DNA of 64,000 bases. Origin: an uncultured Phycisphaerales bacterium. GTDB lineage: Bacteria > Planctomycetota > Phycisphaerae > Tepidisphaerales > Tepidisphaeraceae. The stretch lies in assembly GCA_963758525.1 (NCBI GenBank), contig CAVWVQ010000003.1, positions 4,480,001-4,544,000 of the forward strand, read 5' to 3'. The notes under the pieces are model-generated. The model made no database searches, was not told the DNA's origin, and worked only from the letters and a program-made list of their open reading frames with translations. Every line of letters starts with the position of its first letter. Within the stretch, counting starts at the first letter, position 1. The translations under genes were made by a program, and so were the position numbers. Shown one piece after another: positions 12,703 to 21,675 of the stretch.

Positions 12703-12759
12703 TTGTGGTGCAGGCTTGCAGCCTGCCTCTGGGGAGCAGGCCTGAAACCCGCACCACAA
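12703..12759. repeat. Second GTGGTGCAGGC REP doublet
   Basis: TTGTGGTGCAGGCTTGCAGCCTGC...GCAGGCCTGAAACCCGCACCACAA. Confidence 0.75.
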
Positions 12760-12778
12760 CCAGCTACAATGCTCACTC

Positions 12779-13516
12779 ATGGGCCTTACCATCCATTACA
12801 GCTTGCGTTCCACCGCCCGCGCCGCCGAAGAAGCTCGCGCGCTGGTCGAGCAGCTTCGTCAGCGCACCACGGAGCTTCCGTTCGAGCGCGTCGGCAAGAC
12901 GTTCGAGTTGTCGGGCGAGGCGTGTGATTGGCAGAAACCATTTCACGAAGCAGACCAGCACTGGCTGCTGATTCAGGCAAGTCAATATGTGGAGCGGGAT
13001 GACCGGCGCGTCGATGTTGCGCCCGATCACGTGATCGCATTTACAACATTGCCGGGGAAGGGATCCGAAGCAGCCAACTTCGGTCTGTGCCGATACCCCG
13101 GCACGGCCAATGCTGATTTGGGCGATGGGGTCGAGCCAGTGCGGACCGGACTCCCTTCGGACTGGATGTGGCAGTCGTTTTGCAAGACGCAGTACGCGTC
13201 GAACCCCGGCAACGGCGACCTCGAAAACTTCCTGCGCTGTCATCTGGCGATCGTGAGCCTGCTCGATCACGCGCGTGATCTGGGCATCCTTCACGAGGTT
13301 TCCGATGAGGGCGAATATTGGGAGAAGCGCGACGTCGAGGCGCTGGCGAAGACCGTCGGGCAGTGGAACGCCATGATCGCCGGGTTCGTCGGCGGCGTGA
13401 AGGATCTGCTGGGCGGTCAAAAAGTGCAGGCGGAGATCACCAGGTTTCCGAACTTCGAGCATCTCGAAGCGGAAGGGCGGGCGGAATCCACAGAAGAAGA
13501 CGATACCGAATCGTGA
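12779..13516 (+). CDS. Conserved hypothetical protein (MGLTIHY... family)
   Basis: 245-aa ORF with globular composition (FCKTQYAS, VSDEGEYWE); no function recognised. Confidence 0.7.
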   Translation: MGLTIHYSLRSTARAAEEARALVEQLRQRTTELPFERVGKTFELSGEACDWQKPFHEADQHWLLIQASQYVERDDRRVDVAPDHVIAFTTLPGKGSEAANFGLCRYPGTANADLGDGVEPVRTGLPSDWMWQSFCKTQYASNPGNGDLENFLRCHLAIVSLLDHARDLGILHEVSDEGEYWEKRDVEALAKTVGQWNAMIAGFVGGVKDLLGGQKVQAEITRFPNFEHLEAEGRAESTEEDDTES

Positions 13517-13518
13517 CG

Positions 13519-14526
13519 TTACGTCTCACGATCTCTCTGAACAACGATCTCTTTGACCGCCTCGACGACTTCATGATGAGCGATGCCTTGCTGCGCGCGG
13601 GCCTCCTCGGTGATCGGCACGGCGATCGCTTCGGGCTCCACCGGCGCGCCGGTTTGGCGAGAATAGGCTTTGGTGAACTCGGCGCCGAGATAAAGAATCT
13701 GGGCTGAGAAATAAACCCAGACCAGAATCACCACCAATGAGCCGGTCGCGCCGTAGCGATCGCCGATGCTGCTCTTGCCGAGGTATTCCCCGATCGCATA
13801 TCTGCCGAGCGTGAAAAGCCCGGCGGTAATCAGGGCGCCGATCCAGACATCCCGCCAGCGAACAGTCACATCCGGCAGAATTTTGTAAATCAACGCAAAG
13901 ACAAGGGCGCTCGCCCCGACCCACGCGACCGCGCTGAGCACTGTCCACGCGGCGGAGAGTCCTTGAAACTGCCGGTCGGCGTAGTGGCGCAGCGCCGATA
14001 ATGCCGCGCTGATCACCAGCGAAACCAGCAGGAGGAAACAGATGCCCAGGACCATCGCGAAGGAGAGGAGCCGCTTCCGGAGGAAGGAGAACCATCGCGC
14101 CGGCCCGGGTTTGGGGGCGACCTCCCAGATCGTGTCGAGCGCTTCCTGCAATTCGGCAAACACCCCCGATGCGCCGAACAGCAGCACTCCGATGCTGAGG
14201 ATCCGCGCCGCCGGACCTGTCGTTCCGCCATGGCGGCCGACGGCGGAGAGAACATCATCGACGGCCCTGGCGCCCTGCTCGCCGATCAGTTGCGCAAACT
14301 CCTGGCGGATCTCGCTGCGCGCCTCGCTCGGATTACCAAGAATGGCCGAAGCCAGCGGGGTCACCAGCACCAGCACCGGCGCCAACGCGAGCACGGTGTA
14401 ATACGCCAGAGCGGCGCCAAGGCGCGGCGCGCGATCTTCCCACCAGCCGGCGAACGTTTCGACGAGGAGCCCGCGCCAGTGACGAACGCCCCGAACACCG
14501 AATCCCGTCAGGCCGCCTTGGAACAT
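13519..14526 (-). CDS. YihY/BrkB family inner-membrane protein
   Basis: DRAPRLGAALAYYTVL, ASGVFAELQEALDTIW, YGATGSLVVILVWVYFSAQILYLGAEF. Confidence 0.9.
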   Translation of the reverse strand: MFQGGLTGFGVRGVRHWRGLLVETFAGWWEDRAPRLGAALAYYTVLALAPVLVLVTPLASAILGNPSEARSEIRQEFAQLIGEQGARAVDDVLSAVGRHGGTTGPAARILSIGVLLFGASGVFAELQEALDTIWEVAPKPGPARWFSFLRKRLLSFAMVLGICFLLLVSLVISAALSALRHYADRQFQGLSAAWTVLSAVAWVGASALVFALIYKILPDVTVRWRDVWIGALITAGLFTLGRYAIGEYLGKSSIGDRYGATGSLVVILVWVYFSAQILYLGAEFTKAYSRQTGAPVEPEAIAVPITEEARAQQGIAHHEVVEAVKEIVVQRDRET

Positions 14527-14580
14527 TTACCAATACTCCGGATTCGAATGACCGAGCCGTGGCATCTTACCCATTCGGCC

Positions 14581-16395
14581 TTATCGGTCGCTGGCTCTTC
14601 GGCGTGCGCCGGTGTCAATTGACGCCGGGCCTGCGGTCATGCCGCTGACTACGGCGATGACTGGATCGAAAGGGTCCGGCGATCGCTCCATGCAGGTCTG
14701 CGCCAGTTGCAGCAATCTCCGCGAGGGAAGATCGGCCGTTCTGTCCGACGCGCCGGAGCTGACCAGCGGAGCAAGAACCTGACATGCCTCCCGCCATTGT
14801 TTCGATTCATACAGTGCCAACGCCTTCTCGTATGCCTCACGGCGGGCGAGCCATTCGGGCTGCGCGCGCTCCCCATGAAATTCGTAGAGCATCATTGGCA
14901 CGCTCACGTCGGCGAGACGCACCTGGCCGAGCCGGCGGGTGTAGAGTGACGCCGGCAACTGCTGGCACGTGGAGGCGGTGATCAGCAGCGGGATGCCAAG
15001 CTTCTTGGTGGCGTCCTGCACCCGGCTGGCAGCGTTGACGGTGTGCCCGTGCGGGCCGTATTTGAACTTGCGCGTGCTGCCGGTATTGCCGACCTGCGCC
15101 GAACCGGAATTGATGCCGATGCCCAAAATAAGGGGACCGGTTTCGGCGGCCCAACGCTCGTTGAGTCCGGGAAGTTCGCCGATCATGCTGAGCGCGGCCT
15201 GGCAGGCGCAGAGCGCGTGGTCGCTTTGCTTCGCGGGCGCGTTCCACATCGCCATGATCCCGTCGCCGGAGTAGTCGACGATGACGCCGCCGTAGGCGAC
15301 GATCTGGTTGGACAGCGCCTCCATCATGTCGCGAATCAGCCGGCAGGTTTTCTCCGCGCCGAGGCGCTGCGAGAGGGCGGTGAAGCCGCGAAGGTCGCTG
15401 AAGAGCAGCGTGACCTCTTCGGAACGCGCTTCGAGCAGATTGGGATCACGCTCCAGTTCGCTCACCAGTTCCGGGGAGAAGAACTGCTCGAACTGAACCC
15501 GCGTGCGGACGGCGGCGGCCCGGGCCAGATTCGCGCCGACGGCGGCGGAAAGAAGCTGAACCAGTTGCGCCTCCATTGGGTCGATCCCTCGCGCCGCCAG
15601 GCCGGCGCCGCGCGACCCGTACAGAACGCCGATAATTTCGTCGTGGAGTCCGAAGACGGGCGACGCCACCGCCGCCTGCACGTCCTCCAGGCTCGCGGCC
15701 TGCTGCCGGAGTTGCTTCAGGTCCTCGAAGAATGTCTGCCGTCGCGTCGTGACATGCTTGACCAGCGTGCGGCTGTAGCGGAATTCAACGTCGTCGGCTT
15801 TTCTCGCCGTGCCGATCATGGCCCACTCATCATTTTTCAAAAGCAGTACCAATCCAAGGTCCATACCGATCAGATCGACGAGCGCGCGGGCGACGCGCGT
15901 ATAGAACTCAGAAGACCCGGCCGGCATGCGATCCAGCTCGATGACCGTGTGCATCCACTCGGCCAGCCGATCGGAAGCGGGGACGTGAAGCGTGCGGGGG
16001 ATGGGGACAAATTCCTGCGTTTCCTGAAGATGCGTCGTCGAGGCAACGGCTGAGTCGACAGGCGCATCCGCCGGCTCGATGATAAGTTTCACCTGGCCGA
16101 TTGACAGCTCAGCCGGCAGCGTCAACTCGCGCGATTGGCCCGCGCAAGGGCCCCGGATGCCACGAGACCGACGGGCATGCGCTGACTCAGATTCTCCGCT
16201 CTTAGAAGGCCGCCGCCCAGTTCCAGAATTCGCAGGTGATCCTGCGAAACCGTGGCATCGTCGATCCGGCACCGTCTGGCCTCGCGTGCGCCCTGCGCCC
16301 GAACTCCAGCGGGCCGCTCGGATGCTTGAACTCCTGACGCGGAGCACTGCCGGTGATCACCTGAACTCGCAATGCCACGACTGCTTGCCTTTCAT
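14581..16395 (-). CDS. Class III adenylate/guanylate cyclase with N-terminal FHA-like and GAF domains; frameshifts in the 5' ~250 bp
   Basis: LLFSDLRGFT, VDYSGDGIMAMW, GIGINSG and HGHTVNAASRVQ; GAF-like ASPVFGLHDEIIGVLY; FHA-like PLEFGR and DDATVSQDHL in other frames. Start is approximate. Confidence 0.8.
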
Positions 16396-16498
16396 CTCCC
16401 TGCGCGAGGTGATCGTACTTTCAGCGCAGGCCGCAAACAATCAACTCTGATCGGCTGTGCGCAATCCCGCCCGGTCCGGAGATCCGGGTAATGCAGAA

Positions 16499-16535
16499 CA
16501 CGAATCAACACGAATTCGCACGAATCTTCACGAAG
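16499..16535. repeat. Short CACGAA tandem repeat
   Basis: cacgaatcaacacgaattcgcacgaatcttcacgaa in the intergenic region. Confidence 0.6.
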
Positions 16536-16804
16536 CAGATTGCAATGATTTGGATGCCAGCGGAGGTCGGCTCCCCAGTAGCACAGCCGTCCGGGCTGTG
16601 ATTCCACGGCCACAGCCGAGACGGCGCCGAGACGGCCGTGCTACCTGATCGCGTGACTCGAAGTTTTAGAATTGATCGAGTTATTCAAGCGTAAGCACTT
16701 GGCGGCAGGGCGCCGGCGCGAGCGTCGTCGAATAGCGTGGGCTCGGGAACAGGCCCAGGTGGAATCTTTGAATCTTCGGTCTCGGTCCATAGGATCGCGA
16801 TCCG

Positions 16805-19800
16805 GTGAAACACGTAAATCGGCCGTTTCTTCGATATCTGTTCCCGGCCCGGGCCGCAAAGCTGGCGATCCTCTGGGCGGCCGGGGTGGCCGCGGCCGCA
16901 TTGTCGCTGGTGATGCCGTTCGTGATCGGACGGCTCACCCATCTTTGCAGCGTTGGCGGGAAGGGGAATGCGCCGCATGTGGACATGGGCGTCGTCACCA
17001 AATGGATCCTGATCCTGTTCGGTTCGCAACTGGCGTTTGCAGGGGTCAACTACTGGAGAAAATGGATTGAGGGCCGCCTGCAGGAGGAGGTGGCGCGGCA
17101 TCTCATGCTCGACACATTCGCGCGGGTCGTCCGCTTTTCGGCCGATTTTTTTCGCGACCGGGAAGTGGAGAAAATCAATTCGCGCGTGCTGGATGACGCC
17201 AACGCGGTGGGACGTGTGCTGGTGAACGCGGCGGTCACCGCGCCGGTGGCGGTGATGAGCATGGTCATCTTCGGCGCGGTGATGATGTCGCACAATTTGT
17301 TCCTCGGCGCCTGCATGATCCCGCTCGCGCTGCTCAGCCGCTATTACACGTTTTTTGATCCAACGGTGCAGCGGATCAGCAAACGGACGCGTGAGGTGTG
17401 GGACACCATCCGCGCACAGGGGAGCGAAGTGGTGACCCTGACGCCGGAATTGCGGGGACATTACGCGTTTGACTATGGCCTGGCAGGTCTGAAGCGATCC
17501 TTCGATCGCTATCGAGTCGTGCTGCAGGACATGGCGCAAATTCAGGCGTTGTTCCAGGCAATCACGCCGCTGGTGGGTGTCGTGCAGTACGGCACGCTCT
17601 TCTGGCTGGGGGCGGCACTCTGCTCCGACCATTCGGCGCTCCTGAAGATCGCGCGGCCGATGGACTGGGGCGGCGTGATCGAATTCATGCTGATCGTGCA
17701 GCTCTTTCAGAAGCCGTCAATGGAACTGGGGCTGTTTCTCATCGAATGGCGGATGACGCGGGAGAATGTGCGGCGAGTGGCCGAATATTTCGAGCAGCCG
17801 CTGGTGTTCGATCGCGCCAAGGCGAGCCTGCCGTTGCCGGACAGATCTGACGTGGCGTATGACGACGTGAGCGTCTGGACCGGCTCCGGGTCGAAGATTC
17901 TCAACGGTGTGAAGCTGACGATTGCTGCAGGCGAGCACGTCGCGTTTTGCGGTCCGGCAGGATGCGGCAAGACGACCGCGATGCAACTGGTGGTGCGCGG
18001 GGTTGAACCCTCGTCGGGACGGCTGCGGCTCGCGGGGCAGGGCATCGACGAATACGACATTCTGCGGATCGCTCAACGTGTTGCGTTTGTCGCGCAGAAG
18101 CCGCTGCTGATGGATGCGAGTCTTCGCAACAACATCCTGCTGGGATTGCGTCGGGAGACAGAAGGGTGCTTGCATGATGACGACGGGCCGCTTGATGTCT
18201 CGCGTTTGTCGGGCGCGAAGGACGCGGCCGGCCTCGATGCTGAGCTGCTGCGGATCATCCGGCTGGTAGCCCTGGAAGACGACGTGCTTCGCAAATGCCT
18301 GGATAACCCCGCGCCGGCCGGCACTCATGCCGACGCACTTGGGTCGCACGGAAGCGCGCTGAAAAAAGCGGTCGCCGAAGCGCTGGGGAACGCCGGCAGC
18401 GCCGAGATGATCGCATTCGACGTCGACGGGTGGATTCCCGGAACGCTGCGCGACAATCTGCTGGGGCCCGGGGCCGCTGCGGACGACGACTGGCGGGCGA
18501 TGAACGTGCTGGCCGGGGATGATTTTCTCGAAGAGCTCATTCACCTCGGAACCCGGCGGCTTCGCGCGGAACGGTTGCTGGCCGTCAAAGTGGCTCAGCA
18601 GGCGCCGGCGCTGCTGCAGTTTCTTCCGACCTATCTCGACGCCGGCGGACGCGTGGAAATGGAGGATCTTTCGTCCGCGAAAGTGGGCGAACTCTCGCTG
18701 TCGGTGCGGCAGACGTTGCTGGGCGTCGCGCTAGGCGTCGATGCGGAAGTCGCGCTCTCGCACCTCCGCGACGAGACGGCGTCGGCTCCATTCCGAGACC
18801 GGGCGATCGCTGCGCAAAACGCTCATCGCCGGTGAGGCAGTCTTCCGGCAGCGGTGGGATGACTTGATGTCGCGCCGTGACGTGGAAGGGCTGCCGGTTC
18901 GGGAAAATCTGCTGGGAGGTCGTGTGAACGCGCGCGTGCTCGGCGCGGCGGAGCGAGTCGATGCGGTGCTGCGCCGGGTTCTGGAACAATCGGGGCTGTT
19001 GCCGGCTGCGCTGCTGATGGGACTCGAATTTCGCGTCGGAGAAGGAGGCAAGTACCTGTCCGGCGGCCAACGGCAGAAGGTGAGCATCGCGCGGGCCATC
19101 GTCAAGAATCCGAGCATCCTCCTGATGGACGAGGCAACCGCGAGCCTCGATGAGTCGTCGCAGGCCAGGGTGGTGGAAATGATCCGCGACGGATTCAAGG
19201 GCAAAACCGTCGTTTCGATCTCGCACCGTCTCTCGACCATCCGCGACTTCGACAAGGTGGTGGTGCTGGACCGCGGTGAAATCGCCCAGTCTGGAACGTA
19301 TCAGGATCTTGCGGTGGCCGACGGCGTCTTCCGTGAGCTGGTCAATCAGGAGCGCGGAATTGCGTCCCAGCCGGGGGCGAAGCAGACGACGGCAGCGCCC
19401 TCGCTGCAAGATCTGCAGCGGCAACTGGCGCTCAGCGACGTCTTCGGCTCGATGAACGAGGAGCAATTGACGTTTCTCGCCCGCGCCGCGCGCGTCGTGG
19501 ACTGCCGGCCCGGCGAGGTGCTGTTCCGCCGGGGGGACAGCGGCGCGGAGCTCTATCTCATTCTGGAAGGAAGCATGGCTTTCTCCACGGATCGTCCGGC
19601 GGCCTCCGAGGGTGAAGCAGCGTCAGACGCTCATCCGCCGGAACCTCCAACTGTCGTTGCCACCTACGGCCCGGGAAGGGTCTTCGGGGAGTTGGCGCTG
19701 TTCGGCCACGGCTTAAGAACATTGACGGCCCGCGCCGGCGCCGCGACCCGCCTGATGGCCCTGGGCCGGGAAGATCTCATTCGCCTGATGACCGCGGATC

Positions 19801-19916
19801 ATCACATCGCCATCGGGCTGCTCAGCGCGATCTCAAGGCGCATGATTGAGGCTGACGAACGCCGATTTGCGGTTCCGCAGTCAAGCTCGGCGCGGCCCGC
19901 GCCGTCATCGCAGTAG
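16805..19916 (+). CDS. ABC exporter (TMD plus NBD with a large insertion) fused to a C-terminal cyclic-nucleotide-binding domain; frameshift at ~18790
   Basis: TM region; Walker A GPAGCGKT; then LSGGQRQKV, ILLMDE and SHRL about 300 aa later; cNMP motifs GEVLFRRGDSG and FGELAL...RTLTARA. Confidence 0.85.
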
Positions 19917-19969
19917 AAGCAGCGGCGCCATGATCCTCGCGCCATCTTCGCAGTCGAAGCATTTCAGAA

Positions 19970-19991
19970 GCCTCGGATGTACATCCGAGGC
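19970..19991. repeat. Perfect 22-bp palindrome GCCTCGGATGTACATCCGAGGC
   Basis: A related palindrome AGCCGCGGATGTACATCCGCGGCT lies at 21574-21597; both follow CAGAAG. Confidence 0.75.
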
Positions 19992-20056
19992 ACCGTAAGC
20001 GCGCAATATGTTGTCGATCAACAACTTGCGAAAATTATCGCGGGCGCAATTTCGTC

Positions 20057-20082
20057 TGTAAGGGTTAGACAACCCCTCCGTA
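20057..20082 (+). promoter_or_regulatory. Putative ECF-sigma promoter TGTAAGG-N15-CGTA (copy 1)
   Basis: Same motif and spacing at 20939, 36300 and 36461; CGT-type -10 is typical of ECF promoters. Confidence 0.7.
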
Positions 20083-20083
20083 A

Positions 20084-20140
20084 CACCGGGTGAGAAGCAG
20101 ATCGCTTCTCACGCTGAAGGAAACAGCGAACAGTTTCCAA
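20084..20140 (+). promoter_or_regulatory. Conserved structured 5' leader with two hairpins (copy 1)
   Basis: CACCGG GTGAGAAGC-AGATC-GCTTCTCAC ... GGAAAC-AGCGAACA-GTTTCC; homologues at 20966 and 36488. Confidence 0.65.
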
Positions 20141-20166
20141 AAGACACGGTGCCAGGGAGCGAAATC

Positions 20167-20439
20167 ATGTTTACCAGCCTGCACAATCGAATCACGAAAA
20201 TTCTGGTCGTCGCCATCGGACCGGCCTGCCTCGGCCTGCTGCTGATGAGCCACAGGTTTGCAACAGTGGACGCGCAAGTCGACAGCTTCCAGGACAGCGG
20301 ATCGGCCAACAGCGTGGCCGCTTCCGAAAGCGCCGCCAACGATGACGGCCCGGGACTTGGCGGCGGGTATGCCTCGATCGATCCCGGCCCCATCGCTCTC
20401 GATGGTCCCGGCGGCAGCACCCCGTATCTCATCTTTTAA
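20167..20439 (+). CDS. Small secreted precursor-like peptide 1 (90 aa) with DDGPGLGGGY and DGPGG cores
   Basis: RBS GGGAG; signal-like N-terminus MFTSLHNRITKILVVAIGPACLGLLL; homologous to 21067..21459; own promoter and terminator. Confidence 0.8.
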   Translation: MFTSLHNRITKILVVAIGPACLGLLLMSHRFATVDAQVDSFQDSGSANSVAASESAANDDGPGLGGGYASIDPGPIALDGPGGSTPYLIF

Positions 20440-20494
20440 GTGGGTGCCGAGAAGCGGATGACCCAGCAACTCAACAATCCAACAACGTCGCCAT

Positions 20495-20528
20495 ACACAC
20501 CACTCCGCTCTGGCGGAGTGGTGTGTTT
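20495..20528 (+). terminator. Hairpin terminator after peptide 1
   Basis: ACACACCACTCCGC-TCTG-GCGGAGTGGTGTGT then TT; core shared with the hairpin after peptide 2. Confidence 0.65.
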
Positions 20529-20647
20529 GCGCATCACCAACAATCGGCGATACGAATCGGCGGGTCCAACATCCAAACACGCGGTCGCTTATTTGACACG
20601 CTGGACCATGTCCTGGGTGCGGGAGACTTTCGGCAGGCTCTCTTTTC

Positions 20648-20778
20648 CCCTCCCCTGGTACTCCGAGGGAGGGTTAGGGTGGGGGCCCGGCTGTGTAAGG
20701 GCGCGGAGAGCCGATGGAGCGCTTGCGTACAACACAGCCCCCACCCCAGCCCTCCCCCGGAGTACCAGGGGAGGGGGA
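20648..20778. repeat. Inverted pair of CCCTC/GGAGTACC REP-like repeats
   Basis: CCCTCCCCTGGTACTCCGAGGGAGGG...CCCTCCCCCGGAGTACCAGGGGAGGG. Confidence 0.75.
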
Positions 20779-20938
20779 AAGACCAGCGTTGCTGAAAGTG
20801 TCACGCACCCTTGTCTTCCCCACGTCCTTTCGAGCAGAAAGAGAGATTGCCGCGACGAAACTCAAAAAATGCAAAAAAACACCCTTGATCCCGAAGCGGC
20901 AAGCCGGGGAACCCGCTCCGGAATTTCTTGAATTGATC

Positions 20939-21020
20939 TGTAAGGCTTGGTGATCGGCCGCGTAGCACCGGGTGAGAAGCAGATCGCTTCCGACGCCCAC
21001 GGAAACGGCGAAAAGTTTCC
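20939..21020 (+). promoter_or_regulatory. ECF-type promoter TGTAAGG-N15-CGTA plus conserved two-hairpin leader (copy 2)
   Basis: TGTAAGG CTTGGTGATCGGCCG CGTA GCACCGGGTGAGAAGCAGATCGCTTCC...GGAAACGGCGAAAAGTTTCC. Confidence 0.7.
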
Positions 21021-21066
21021 AGCAATCGAACGGGTTCTTCAAACCCGAAATACCAAGGAGCCTCTC

Positions 21067-21459
21067 ATGTTTTCCATCCTGAGCAATCGCATCCATCGCG
21101 TTTTGGCCGCTGCCGTCGTACCGGCCGGCCTCGGACTGGTTCTGGTGGGCAACGGTTTCGCGCAGGCCCATTCGCAACTCGACGCTTTCCACGCTGACGG
21201 CCCCGGCGGTTCGGGCTACTGCCTGACAGCACATCTCGCCGCCGACGACGATGGCCCCGGCCTCGGCGGCGGGTATGCGTCGCTCGTTCGCAAGCCCCCG
21301 GTTGCCCGTGATGACGATGGCCCGGGTCTGGGCGGCGGATATGCCGCTTCCCTCCGTTTGAGCCATGAGATCGTGGCGGACAGCGGTCCCGGCAACGACG
21401 GTTACGGCAAGCCTATGTCCGACGGTCCCGGGAGCAACGTGCCATACGCTCTTGCTTGA
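21067..21459 (+). CDS. Small secreted multi-core precursor-like peptide 2 (130 aa) with five (D/S)GPG...Y repeats
   Basis: RBS AAGGAG; signal peptide ending AQA; cores DGPGGSGY, DDDGPGLGGGY x2, DSGPGNDGY and DGPGSNVPY. Confidence 0.85.
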   Translation: MFSILSNRIHRVLAAAVVPAGLGLVLVGNGFAQAHSQLDAFHADGPGGSGYCLTAHLAADDDGPGLGGGYASLVRKPPVARDDDGPGLGGGYAASLRLSHEIVADSGPGNDGYGKPMSDGPGSNVPYALA

Positions 21460-21492
21460 ACGACCTTCGCCAAGCTTCAATCTCGCAGTCAC

Positions 21493-21522
21493 AGACAACT
21501 CCGCCCTCGGCGGAGTTGTCTT
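21493..21522 (+). terminator. Hairpin terminator after peptide 2
   Basis: AGACAACTCCGCC-CTC-GGCGGAGTTGTCT. Confidence 0.65.
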
Positions 21523-21675
21523 GATGCGCGACTGCGTCATCCCTCGTTCAAGCGCAGCCGATGAGCGCACAGAAGCCGCGGATGTACATCCGCGGCTCCC
21601 GTAATGCCTGAGCGGGTGATCCAACGCGGATCGGCGTCGGCGACGCCGACTACATGAGAATCGGCCGCTGATGGT

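Noticed and set aside
20694..20730. Fifth TGTAAGG...CGTA promoter
   Set aside because: The spacer is 25 nt rather than 15, and it lies inside a REP pair. Another TGTAAGG near 61377 lacks the CGTA box.
20084..21400. CRISPR array or Craspase (type III-E) link suggested by repeats near TPR-CHAT genes
   Set aside because: No regularly spaced repeat-spacer array and no cas genes; the repeats are coding cores or promoter/leader copies.
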